Source of the DNA: Thermoplasmatota archaeon
GTDB lineage: Archaea; Thermoplasmatota; E2; DHVEG-1
Direction: 5' to 3'
NCBI GenBank assembly: GCA_038884455.1
Contig: JAWABU010000002.1
Coordinates: 6,948-70,947 of the forward strand
DNA length: 64,000 nucleotides
The position numbers and the translations under genes were made by a program. Below, piece by piece: positions 10,190 through 19,149 of the stretch; positions within the stretch are counted from its first letter, which is position 1, and every line of letters begins with the position of its first letter. The notes beneath the pieces are model-generated. The model did not search any database, had not been told where the DNA came from, and saw only the letters and a list, made by a program, of their open reading frames with translations.

Positions 10190-10855
10190 ATGGAAGGTAT
10201 TGATTCTCAAAAACTTGATCCGAACTTCAAATTCCAGATAGCCCAAGAACCGGGTGGCGAAGGCATTCTGAAATGTTTTGCGTGTGGATCATGTACTGCA
10301 CGATGCCCTGAGATGCAGGTGAAAACCTCATGGAACCCACGATTGATCATTCGGAAAGCATTGTATGGTTTGAAAGAAGAAGTCCTGAGTAGCGAGTTTC
10401 CTTGGATTTGCAGTGCACATTATCGCTGTCTTGAAAAATGCCCGCAAAAAGTCAATGTCAAAGAAGTCATGAATGCCGTACGCAACACAAGACTTGACGA
10501 AGAATATATTGAAGATATTACTGAGAAACAAACAAAAAAACAACTTGACCTAAGCTTCAAATACACCATAGCCAAGGATGCATCAGGAAAAGATTTGTAC
10601 GAATGTTTCTCCTGTGGAACATGTACTGCTGGCTGTCCAGAACGAGAACTCGATCCGTTATATTCATCCAGAAAAGTGATCAAACAAACACTGCTAGGTA
10701 TGAAGGATCATGTCTATAGCAATAAGTTTGTTGAAATCTGTTCTATGCATCATCGATGTTTGACGCAATGCCCACAGGGTGTTGAGATTCCAAAACTGAT
10801 GAATGCATTAAAAAACATCGCAGTTCGAGAAGGATATGAACGAAAAAACGAGTAG
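10190..10855 (+). CDS. Tandem-duplicated HdrC-like FeS protein (two HdrC repeats in one chain)
   Basis: Repeat 1: CFACGSCTARCPE ... CSAHYRCLEKCPQ. Repeat 2: CFSCGTCTAGCPE ... CSMHHRCLTQCPQ. Each repeat is about 105 aa. Confidence 0.75.
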   Translation: MEGIDSQKLDPNFKFQIAQEPGGEGILKCFACGSCTARCPEMQVKTSWNPRLIIRKALYGLKEEVLSSEFPWICSAHYRCLEKCPQKVNVKEVMNAVRNTRLDEEYIEDITEKQTKKQLDLSFKYTIAKDASGKDLYECFSCGTCTAGCPERELDPLYSSRKVIKQTLLGMKDHVYSNKFVEICSMHHRCLTQCPQGVEIPKLMNALKNIAVREGYERKNE

Positions 10856-13800
10856 ACAACCTATGACCAAGAAAACAGAAAAAATCGGAGCTGTTGCAGT
10901 AATCGGTGGTGGGATTACTGGTGTTCAAGCAGCACTTGATCTAGCAGACATGGGGTTTAAAATCTTTCTTTTTGAAAAAACACCGGCGATTGGCGGTGTC
11001 ATGGCACAACTTGATAAAACCTTTCCAACCAACGATTGTTCAATGTGTATTCTTTCACCAAAACTCGTCGACTGTGCTCGTCATCCAAATATCCAGATGT
11101 ATACGAACACCGATGTTGAAGCAATCCATGGTAAACCAGGTAATTTTACAATAACAGCAACGAAAAAACCAAGGTTTGTTGATCTTGAAAAATGCACCTC
11201 GTGTGGTTCCTGTGCCGATGTCTGCCCAATAAAGTTACCTAATGAATATGAGTTTGGGTTAGTTGATCGAAAAGCTATCTATAAATGTTACCCTCAGGCG
11301 ATTCCTAATGCCTATGTGATTGATAAAATCGGTGATGGAAAAAAACGAAAATGTGTTGAATGCATGAAATGTGTTGAGGTGTGCACATCAGGTGCCATTA
11401 ACCATAAAGAAAAACCTGAAACACTTGAAGTATCTGTTGGTGCTGTGATTATTGCTGCTGGATCAACACCTTTTAACCCGGTGGTTAAACCAGAGTTTGG
11501 GTATACAAAATACAAAAATGTGCTGACAAGTATTGAGTTTGAACGTATTCTTTCAGCATCAGGTCCGTTTCAAGGAAAAATCCTTCGACCAAGTGATCAA
11601 AAAGAACCAAAAAAAATTGCTTGGATTCATTGTGTTGGGTCTCGTGATGCAAGCGTGGGAAATCCGTATTGTTCTGCGATGTGTTGCATGTATACGGCGA
11701 AAGAAGCAGTAATTGCCAAAGAACACAGCAAACACATAGAACCAACCGTGTTTTACATTGATATCAGATCGTATGGTAAAGATTTTGATCGGTATATTGA
11801 TCGTGCAAAACAAGAACACAACATTCGGTATGTACGATCACGGATTTCTGAAATTATTGAGGATCCAAAAACAAAGAATCTGGTTATCCGCTATGAGGAT
11901 GATTGTGGAGAATTGAAAAACGATGTTTTTGACATGGTGGTTCTCTCAGTTGGACTCTGTAGTTCTGAGCCGCGCCGTCATGAACTTTTAGAAAAGCTTG
12001 GCGTGCCACTAAATGAGTTTGGTTTTCTCAAGTCCAATGCTGATGACCCAGTTACAACAAACATTCCTGGTGTTTTTGTTGCTGGATCAATTCTAGAGCC
12101 TCAAGCAATCCCTGAGAGCGTAACTCAGGCGTCAGCTGCTGCTGCAAAAGCAGCAATGCTTCTTGCAGATGTGCGTGGAACCTTAGTTCAAGAAAAAACC
12201 TATCCAAAAGAACGTGACGTTTCTGATCAGGAACCACGTGTCGGTGTTTTTATCTGTCATTGCGGGATCAACATCGGAGGCGTTCTTAATATTGAACAGC
12301 TGGTTTCATATACCAAGAAACTACCGGATGTTGTTCATGTTGAAGCGAATCTGTATTCATGTTCTGAGGATACTCAGAAAAAAATCGTTGATGCTATCAA
12401 AAAACATAACCTGAATCGTATCCTTGTTGCCGCGTGTACACCGCGTACTCATGAACCATTGTTTCAGAAAAGTCTTCGACAGGCTGGGTTAAACCCGTTT
12501 CTATTGGAGATGACCAATATTCGTGAGCAGTGTTCCTGGGTGCATATGGACACACCAAAAAAAGCAACAGAAAAAGCAGAAAAACTGATTGCAATGAATG
12601 TTGCAAAAACACGGCTCCTGCAACCGATACGAACTGTTCAAATACCCGTGATTCAAACCGCTCTGATCATTGGTGGTGGTATCGCAGGTATGACTGCTGC
12701 GCTCTCACTAGCGGATCAAGGGTTTGAAACAGTTCTAGTGGAAAAAGAAAATCGTCTTGGCGGTCATCTCCATGACGTGTTCTCCACCGTTGATGGTGTT
12801 GATATTCAAAAGCTGCTTCAAAGCACTACTGAGAAGATCAGGAATCATCCGCGAATCAAAACATATCTTAATGCCCAGGTGAAAAACGTGAAAGGATACG
12901 TGGGTAATTATGAATCAGAGATTCAAACACCAGCAGGACTTGAACGATACACCCATGGTGTCATTGTTGTTGCCACCGGTGTTCAAGAATATATCCCAAC
13001 AACGTATAATTATGGGAAAGACAACCGTATACTAACCCAGACACATCTGGAAAAACAACTCGCCACAATGACCAAAGATGATATTGTTGATGGTGAAACC
13101 TTTGTGATGATTCAATGTGTTGAATCACGAGACGAGAAACGATCATACTGTAGCAGGATTTGCTGTATGCAAGCAGTAAAAAATGCATTAAAAATAAAAG
13201 AACTCAACCCAAAAGCAGAAGTGTTCATATTGTATCGAGATCTTATGACGTATGGTTTCAAAGAAATTTTCTACAAACAAGCTCGGGAACAAGGTATCAT
13301 GTTTATGCAATATGATCCCTGTAAAAAACCAAAACTGGAAATAAAAAAAGAACTCAGTGTGAATATCTATGAACCGATGCTTCAAGAAACTGTTGAGATC
13401 CCAGCGCATCATGTGATTCTAGCGAGTGGTATGAAACCTTATGAAGACACAGAGAGGCTTGCAAAACTTTTAAAAGTCCCGATAACCAGTGATGGTTTTT
13501 TCCTAGAGGCACATGTAAAACTACGGCCGGTTGATTTTTCAACCCGTGGCGTGTTTCTTGCAGGCTGCTGTCATACACCAAAATTTATCGCTGAATCGAT
13601 CTATCAAGGACAAGCTGCTGCTGCTCGTGCCGGAACACTTTTGTCATCCTCCTTGTTAGAATCAGAACCAAATGTCGCTGTGGTCAACAAAGAGTTATGT
13701 AGTGGATGTAAAACCTGTATTATCACGTGTCCGTATCATGCAATAGATTCAGCTCAAGAAGAACAAAAAGGAAAAAAAATAGTCTACGCAAAGGTTAACG

Positions 13801-13913
13801 AAGGTTTATGTCAGGGTTGTGGCACATGCGTTGCTTCTTGTCCTGCAGGTGCTATTGAGCAATGTGGTTTTAGAGATCGGCAAATCATCCCAATGGTTGA
13901 TGAAGCAGTTTAA
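10836..13913 (+). CDS. HdrA-HdrA fusion (1025 aa), paralog of the 1502-aa protein without the GltD module
   Basis: Collinear with 4086-8594: [71 protein letters not shown]. Module 2: [74 protein letters not shown]. An alternative start at ATG 10863 would avoid overlap with the upstream gene. Confidence 0.85.
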   Translation: MNEKTSRQPMTKKTEKIGAVAVIGGGITGVQAALDLADMGFKIFLFEKTPAIGGVMAQLDKTFPTNDCSMCILSPKLVDCARHPNIQMYTNTDVEAIHGKPGNFTITATKKPRFVDLEKCTSCGSCADVCPIKLPNEYEFGLVDRKAIYKCYPQAIPNAYVIDKIGDGKKRKCVECMKCVEVCTSGAINHKEKPETLEVSVGAVIIAAGSTPFNPVVKPEFGYTKYKNVLTSIEFERILSASGPFQGKILRPSDQKEPKKIAWIHCVGSRDASVGNPYCSAMCCMYTAKEAVIAKEHSKHIEPTVFYIDIRSYGKDFDRYIDRAKQEHNIRYVRSRISEIIEDPKTKNLVIRYEDDCGELKNDVFDMVVLSVGLCSSEPRRHELLEKLGVPLNEFGFLKSNADDPVTTNIPGVFVAGSILEPQAIPESVTQASAAAAKAAMLLADVRGTLVQEKTYPKERDVSDQEPRVGVFICHCGINIGGVLNIEQLVSYTKKLPDVVHVEANLYSCSEDTQKKIVDAIKKHNLNRILVAACTPRTHEPLFQKSLRQAGLNPFLLEMTNIREQCSWVHMDTPKKATEKAEKLIAMNVAKTRLLQPIRTVQIPVIQTALIIGGGIAGMTAALSLADQGFETVLVEKENRLGGHLHDVFSTVDGVDIQKLLQSTTEKIRNHPRIKTYLNAQVKNVKGYVGNYESEIQTPAGLERYTHGVIVVATGVQEYIPTTYNYGKDNRILTQTHLEKQLATMTKDDIVDGETFVMIQCVESRDEKRSYCSRICCMQAVKNALKIKELNPKAEVFILYRDLMTYGFKEIFYKQAREQGIMFMQYDPCKKPKLEIKKELSVNIYEPMLQETVEIPAHHVILASGMKPYEDTERLAKLLKVPITSDGFFLEAHVKLRPVDFSTRGVFLAGCCHTPKFIAESIYQGQAAAARAGTLLSSSLLESEPNVAVVNKELCSGCKTCIITCPYHAIDSAQEEQKGKKIVYAKVNEGLCQGCGTCVASCPAGAIEQCGFRDRQIIPMVDEAV

Positions 13914-14551
13914 AAACAGGTTATTTTTGATTCAAACTCTGTGAGATCATAAACAACATGATTGCCCGTTGCTGTTCTGGTCCGATCAAGAAAAAACGAT
14001 TTGATTCCCAGCTGCGAAGGAACCTTGTAATCAAATTCTTCATGATCACCAACATGAATTAATTCATCAGGTTTCACTTTGATTTCCTCGCAGATTTTCT
14101 CATAAAATAATGGAACTTTTTTTACCTGATGAAAATCAGAGGTTGACGAGAAAACGTAGGTAAAATATTGTCCAAGTTTTGATTGTTCAAGTTCGATGTC
14201 TATGAATTCTCTTTTTGCATTCGAAAGAAGTATCAGATTGTAGTCCTTTGAAAGGCGACGAAGGATATCTGGTACCTCGGGAAAAACCTGGATGGTATGT
14301 CGATACTCGTCGAGAAGATCCTGCCATGAGGTTGTTAAGTTGAAACGACTGAACCAGTAGTGAATATCATACCACTCTGGATTGGTATCACCAACAGCAT
14401 CATATTCTTTAATAAGGAATGTTTGCGCAGTGTGAAATGGAATGTTCTTCTCTTTTGCATATATTCGTGGTAATCCTTGAAGCCAAACTGCATCAGGATA
14501 GCTTCGATCAACAAGAGTTCCATCAAGGTCAAAGGATATTGTTGGTTTCAT
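13910..14551 (-). CDS. HAD-superfamily hydrolase
   Basis: N-terminal FDLDGTLVD (DxDGT motif), LLSNA and VGDHEEFD motifs. Its stop overlaps the stop of 10836-13913 (ttaa, convergent). Confidence 0.75.
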   Translation of the reverse strand: MKPTISFDLDGTLVDRSYPDAVWLQGLPRIYAKEKNIPFHTAQTFLIKEYDAVGDTNPEWYDIHYWFSRFNLTTSWQDLLDEYRHTIQVFPEVPDILRRLSKDYNLILLSNAKREFIDIELEQSKLGQYFTYVFSSTSDFHQVKKVPLFYEKICEEIKVKPDELIHVGDHEEFDYKVPSQLGIKSFFLDRTRTATGNHVVYDLTEFESKITCF

Positions 14552-14665
14552 AGGAGAGTAGGAAAAAACTGAGTGATATTAAAAGGTATTGGATATATCT
14601 GAAGACCAGATGTTCCTTAGGTAATCGTACAAGGAAAAACAGGATAGGCCACAAGGTGAATCGTG

Positions 14666-14854
14666 TTAATTTTTAATAATACCATAGATCGTGATGATGA
14701 AAGCAACGATTTCAATAATCGTTAACGGAAACAGGGTTGAACTGATTTGATCACAGTTGAGATTCATCCCACTCAGTTGACCGGGAAGAAAAATTTTCAA
14801 AATAAGCATAATTCCCCAGATACCAACGCCAAGAGCAATCAACGTTTTATTCAT
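14666..14854 (-). CDS. Small two-helix membrane protein (hypothetical)
   Basis: 62-aa ORF with two hydrophobic segments (LIALGVGIWGIMLILKIF and LTIIEIVAFIITIYGII). No recognisable motif. Confidence 0.35.
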   Translation of the reverse strand: MNKTLIALGVGIWGIMLILKIFLPGQLSGMNLNCDQISSTLFPLTIIEIVAFIITIYGIIKN

Positions 14855-14959
14855 AAATTATCTCCTCAGGAACTTTGCACATCCAATCAAATTAGTATCA
14901 CTTCTGATGTTTAAATACATTTCCTGGGTGTAGCTAGGGAAGGTAAAAAATGTTGAAAG

Positions 14960-15031
14960 TGGACTTGTCGGGATTTGAACCCGAGGCCTCTCCCATGCCA
15001 AGGGAGCGATCTTCCGCTGATCTACAAGCCC
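14960..15031 (-). tRNA. tRNA-Ala (anticodon GGC)
   Basis: Reverse complement folds by hand: GGGCTTG/TA/GATC-AGCGGAA-GATC/G/CTCCC-TTGGCAT-GGGAG/AGGCC/TCGGG-TTCAAAT-CCCGA/CAAGTCC/A. It has a G3:U70 pair (the tRNA-Ala identity element) and discriminator A. No CCA is encoded. Confidence 0.9.
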
Positions 15032-15120
15032 AGTTTTTGGTTAACTCCAGAATAAACAAAGGCAAATAAATGTTGTGGGGGAAATTATTAGAACTACAAA
15101 AGGTTTTGTGCCGATACCTC

Positions 15121-15747
15121 ATGAAAAAGAAACATCTTGAGATGATCTTACAACAAGTACCCCTGCCAAAGAATCCAAAACCAGAACTGGAACAATATGT
15201 AACGCCAGCAACAATAGCAGCAGATATCATCTTTCTTGCATATCACCACGGAGACATTGAAGATAAAATCGTGGTTGATCTTGGATGCGGCACCGGTATC
15301 TTTGCAGTTGGTGCATTTCTTGCTGGTGCATCGCAGGTGTACGGATTTGATATTGATAAAAATCTGATACGACTTGCACAACAATATACCGCTGAAAAAA
15401 AATATACAATAACCTATCAGGTCTGTGACGTGACACAAGTATCAACCGTCTGTGATACGGTGATAATGAACCCGCCGTTCGGTGCTCAGAAAAGCAATCA
15501 ACAAGCTGATCGGAGGTTTCTTGAAAAAGCATATGAAATTGGACAGGTGATTTATTCGCTTCATCTTACAAAAACACTACCATTCATTAGAAAAATGATT
15601 GCAGCATTACCGGCAACAATCACCTTTGAAAAAACCTATCGATTTCCAATACCTGCTCAATTTGCATTTCATGAAAAAACAGTGATGCAGTATGACGTCT
15701 CTCTCATCAGAAGTGAGAAAAAAGATCAGAAAAAAAGACAATTTTAA
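15121..15747 (+). CDS. Class I SAM-dependent methyltransferase, NPPF-type (predicted RNA methylase, METTL5/COG2263-like)
   Basis: VVDLGCGTGIFAVGA (motif I), GFDID, and VIMNPPFG (the N6-A/N2-G/Gln methyltransferase motif IV). I prefer the ATG at 15121 because the longer track ORF runs toward the tRNA. Confidence 0.65.
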   Translation: MKKKHLEMILQQVPLPKNPKPELEQYVTPATIAADIIFLAYHHGDIEDKIVVDLGCGTGIFAVGAFLAGASQVYGFDIDKNLIRLAQQYTAEKKYTITYQVCDVTQVSTVCDTVIMNPPFGAQKSNQQADRRFLEKAYEIGQVIYSLHLTKTLPFIRKMIAALPATITFEKTYRFPIPAQFAFHEKTVMQYDVSLIRSEKKDQKKRQF

Positions 15748-15756
15748 AAACAGGTT

Positions 15757-15785
15757 ATCTATTTGTTTCTCGAGAAACAATAGAT
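15757..15785 (+). terminator. Imperfect 14-bp inverted repeat (hairpin) 10 nt after the methyltransferase stop
   Basis: ATCTATT(T)GTTTCTC/GAGAAACAATAGAT, with one bulged T. Its role as a terminator or operator is not established. Confidence 0.25.
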
Positions 15786-15932
15786 TTGCCTGGTAGGTTT
15801 ACCAAAACGAGGTAGATACGCAAGATGAAGGTTTATAAAAAACAATGAGATATCTATCCGAAAGTATAATAATATCTTACTTTATCTGGGCTTCAATCTA
15901 TTTGAATAAAACATAAGGGACTTGTGAGTAGT

Positions 15933-16328
15933 ATGGCGCGTACAAAAACAAAGAAATTCAGAGGTTCACATACCCACGGTAAAGGAAAAAAGGGTGGCCG
16001 CGGTGCTGGTCTTCGCGGTGGCCGAGGAAACGCTGGGCTTCATAAACATCGCTATATGTATATGATGAAATATATGCCCGATCATTTCGGCGTCCATGGA
16101 TTTACTAGACATGCAGCAACCCATGCTACCATCAAGGTTATAAACGTTGGTCAGTTGCAAGAACGATTCCCATCGAAGAAAGAAATTGATCTCTCATCTG
16201 AAGGATACGACAAACTCCTTGGGAGTGGGACAATTAAAAAAAGTGTTATTGTGAAAGTGAAAGCTGCCTCACAAAAAGCAATCGATAAAATTGTTGCTCA
16301 AGGTGGAGAAGTAAAGATACTAGAATAA
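15933..16328 (+). CDS. rpl15: Ribosomal protein uL15
   Basis: MARTKTKKFRGSHTHGKGKKGGRGAGLRGGRGNAGLHKHR is the typical uL15 Gly/Arg-rich N-terminus. It lies immediately upstream of secY. I prefer the ATG at 15933 to the GTG at 15924. Confidence 0.9.
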   Translation: MARTKTKKFRGSHTHGKGKKGGRGAGLRGGRGNAGLHKHRYMYMMKYMPDHFGVHGFTRHAATHATIKVINVGQLQERFPSKKEIDLSSEGYDKLLGSGTIKKSVIVKVKAASQKAIDKIVAQGGEVKILE

Positions 16329-16339
16329 GGGTATCGAGT

Positions 16340-17884
16340 ATGGCTGAAGAGAAAAAAAGTCGTCTGTATGTACTAAAACCGTTAATTGAACGATGGCCTG
16401 CGGTTGCAAAGCCAGAAATCCACGTTAATTTTCGGACAAAACTCCTTTGGACAGTTCTCTGTCTCATCATTTACTTTGTTTTAACCAACATCATGATTTA
16501 TGGGATACAAGGACAGGTTCTTGATTTGTTTGCAAGTTTTCGAGCAATCATGGCAGGTGCCTCCGGGTCTTTGATGCATCTCGGTATCGGACCGATTGTC
16601 ACTGCGTCAATCATTCTTCAGCTTTTTGTCGGTGCAAAAATCATCAAATTGGATTTAACCAAAAAAGAGGATAAAGCAATCTACCAGGGAACCCAAAAAA
16701 TTCTGGTTATCGTGATGATTCTTGTTGAGGCGATCCCTCAGATTTACGGTTATCTTGAACCAAGTACGCAGCTCGTCAGCATGGTTGGAGGCATGGGTGC
16801 GAATCTCATTATTATCTCCCAGTTGTTTATGGGTGCGATCCTTGTTTTTTTCATGGATGAGTTGATCTCAAAATGGGGTATTGGCTCTGGTATATCCTTA
16901 TTTATTGCAGCAGGTGTTTCACAATCACTCTTCACTGGTTTGTTTAACTGGTTACCAGGTGACGCAAAACATCCAATAAGCTTTAGTAATCCACCTGCTG
17001 GGACGATCCCTGGTGTCTACTATATGATGTCTCAGATGAGCCTTGGAGAACTCGTCGATGGTGGATTTCAATATATCTTCATTGGTCATGGTGGATTTCA
17101 AAACGCAATTATACCTCTGATTGGAACTATTGTGATTTTCTTTGTTGTTGTGTTCGTTGAATCATCACGAATTGAGCTTCCCCTTGCTCATGCAAAAGTA
17201 CGTGGTGCACGAGGAAGATACCCAATACGACTCATGTATGCCTCAAATATTCCAGTTATTCTCATGTCTGCATTGCTTGCGAATATCAATATGTTTGCTT
17301 TGCTGTTTTACACGCATCCCACGTTAAAAAATCTCCCGCTGCTCGGCCATCAATGGTGGATTGGCACCTACGATACCTCAGCAGGTTCGACGATGCCAAT
17401 TGCTGGTGGTGCCTGGTATCTCTCAGGACTCAATGGTATCAATAGTTGGTTTATGCCGATTTTTGCAGGTGGTTACGGTGGTCATGCTGCCTGGCAGTAT
17501 GCCTTGAAAGTAATTATCTACATGTCGGTGATGATCTTTGGTTCAATCTTATTTGCGAAGTTTTGGATTGAAACAACCGATATGGGGCCGCAGGCTGTCG
17601 CAAAACAGATTCAAAACTCAGGGATGGTTATCCCTGGTTTCCGGAGAGATCCTCGAGTTCTTGGAAAAGTTCTTGAGCGGTATATTCCTGTTGTGACCGT
17701 GATTGGTGGTGCGTCTGTTGGTGCACTTGCAGCACTTGCAGATGCAGTAGGAACTCTTGGAAATGCGAGTGGTACCGGTGTGCTGCTCACAGTTGGTATT
17801 ATGATTCAGATGTATGAACAGATCGCTCGTGAACAAGCAATGGAAATGCATCCGATCCTCCGAGGGTTCTTTGGAAACGAATAA
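16340..17884 (+). CDS. secY: Preprotein translocase subunit SecY
   Basis: 514-aa polytopic membrane protein in the conserved uL15-secY-adk context. Plug and TM2 region: IMAGASGSLMHLGIGPIVTASIILQL. Confidence 0.93.
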   Translation: MAEEKKSRLYVLKPLIERWPAVAKPEIHVNFRTKLLWTVLCLIIYFVLTNIMIYGIQGQVLDLFASFRAIMAGASGSLMHLGIGPIVTASIILQLFVGAKIIKLDLTKKEDKAIYQGTQKILVIVMILVEAIPQIYGYLEPSTQLVSMVGGMGANLIIISQLFMGAILVFFMDELISKWGIGSGISLFIAAGVSQSLFTGLFNWLPGDAKHPISFSNPPAGTIPGVYYMMSQMSLGELVDGGFQYIFIGHGGFQNAIIPLIGTIVIFFVVVFVESSRIELPLAHAKVRGARGRYPIRLMYASNIPVILMSALLANINMFALLFYTHPTLKNLPLLGHQWWIGTYDTSAGSTMPIAGGAWYLSGLNGINSWFMPIFAGGYGGHAAWQYALKVIIYMSVMIFGSILFAKFWIETTDMGPQAVAKQIQNSGMVIPGFRRDPRVLGKVLERYIPVVTVIGGASVGALAALADAVGTLGNASGTGVLLTVGIMIQMYEQIAREQAMEMHPILRGFFGNE

Positions 17885-17920
17885 CAATTATCATCAAGAT
17901 GAGTGGAGTGTGAGGAAGAC

Positions 17921-18469
17921 ATGGGTGTCGTTGTAGTAACTGGTATTCCCGGCGTTGGAAAAACCACGGTTATGAAATATGCTGCTGAGGGACTCAACAT
18001 CGAATTTGTGACGTTTGGCACAGTGATGGCCGATATCGCTCTTGAAAAAAAATTGGTAAAAGATCGCGACGAGATGCGTAAGCTTTCTCTTGAACAGCAG
18101 AAAAAATTACAGATTCTTACTGCTGAGAAAGTTGGCAAAATGAAAAATGTGATTGTCGATACCCACTGCACGATTAAAACACCAAAGGGATACATGCCTG
18201 GTCTTCCTGAATGGGTGTTAAAGAAACTCAAACCAACATCAATTGTTATTGTTGAGGCAGATCCTCAAGAGATTTTCAACCGACGGGCAAAAGATACAAC
18301 GAGAAATCGAGACCCGGATTCTGTGGAAAAAATCGCTGAACATCAGATGATGAATCGTGCCGCTGCCATGGCATATGCAGCTTTGACTGGCGCAACCGTG
18401 AAAATTGTTTTCAATCATGATAATGCTCTTGATGCAGCCGTAAAAGAAGCTGAACCGGTGATACGATGA
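17921..18469 (+). CDS. adkA: Adenylate kinase, archaeal type
   Basis: P-loop VVTGIPGVGKTT, correct size, and position after secY. I prefer the ATG at 17921. Confidence 0.85.
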   Translation: MGVVVVTGIPGVGKTTVMKYAAEGLNIEFVTFGTVMADIALEKKLVKDRDEMRKLSLEQQKKLQILTAEKVGKMKNVIVDTHCTIKTPKGYMPGLPEWVLKKLKPTSIVIVEADPQEIFNRRAKDTTRNRDPDSVEKIAEHQMMNRAAAMAYAALTGATVKIVFNHDNALDAAVKEAEPVIR

Positions 18470-19149
18470 AAAAACTCGATAATACTGGATTAAGTTATGG
18501 GAATCAGATGCTCCTCATGCTTCTCGTGTTATTTGCTATGATGTTCATCTTTGCAGACGTTGGAATTCGAACATGGGTTGCACAAGCGTTACACACTGTT
18601 TTTTATCCACTCATTGGTTTTCATGGCCAGTATCCGTTGTTGACAATTATACTGTCAGGAATCATCGTCGTTTTTCTTTCATCGTTTTTCACTCATTTGT
18701 TTACGAACTGGAAAGCAATGGGAAAATCACAGGAAATCAACAAAGCATTCCAAAAGGAACTCTCGAAAGCACGACGAGAAGGAAACACCAACCGTATGCA
18801 GAAACTGATGAAGATGCAACCGCAGATTATGAAAATGACGATGGATTCCAGCAGTGGGATGATGAAACCCATGATCTTCTTAGTTATTTTTATTGCACCG
18901 TTGTTTATTTGGCTAACCTATTTTTTAGGAACGCTACAGTATTATTCAGTAACAGTTCCTTGGGCGTCAGACGTTTCATTGTTCAACCGCTCTCCCCTCT
19001 ATATTACGAATTGGTTTTTACTGTATCTTGTTTTTTCATTTCTGGTTGGTCAATTGTTCCGGCAAACATTCAAATGGATTAGCTGGTCGGAACGATGGCA
19101 GCAACTGAAAAAAACATTATTTCCGAAGTCACACGTTAAACAACCATGA
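18466..19149 (+). CDS. DUF106/EMC3-like membrane protein (archaeal Oxa1/YidC-superfamily insertase candidate)
   Basis: Three hydrophobic helices with a basic coiled segment (QKELSKARREGNTNRMQKLMKMQ). It sits in the conserved archaeal slot between adk and cmk, with ATGA overlaps on both sides. Confidence 0.7.
   Translation: MKKLDNTGLSYGNQMLLMLLVLFAMMFIFADVGIRTWVAQALHTVFYPLIGFHGQYPLLTIILSGIIVVFLSSFFTHLFTNWKAMGKSQEINKAFQKELSKARREGNTNRMQKLMKMQPQIMKMTMDSSSGMMKPMIFLVIFIAPLFIWLTYFLGTLQYYSVTVPWASDVSLFNRSPLYITNWFLLYLVFSFLVGQLFRQTFKWISWSERWQQLKKTLFPKSHVKQP

Noticed and set aside
2110-13913. Possible selenocysteine (TGA) or pyrrolysine (TAG) recoding in the HdrA-type genes
   Set aside because: All HdrA-like ORFs are uninterrupted. 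The positions where some methanogens use Sec carry Cys codons here, and TAG is used as an ordinary stop by several genes in the window.
14934-15230. 98-aa minus-strand ORF
   Set aside because: It runs straight through tRNA-Ala (14960-15031) and overlaps the methyltransferase 5' region. It has no motif and is most likely spurious.
18573-19082. 169-aa plus-strand ORF nested in another frame of the DUF106 gene
   Set aside because: It is an alternative frame of a clearly membrane-protein-coding gene and has no motif. The DUF106 frame fits conserved synteny and the ATGA couplings.
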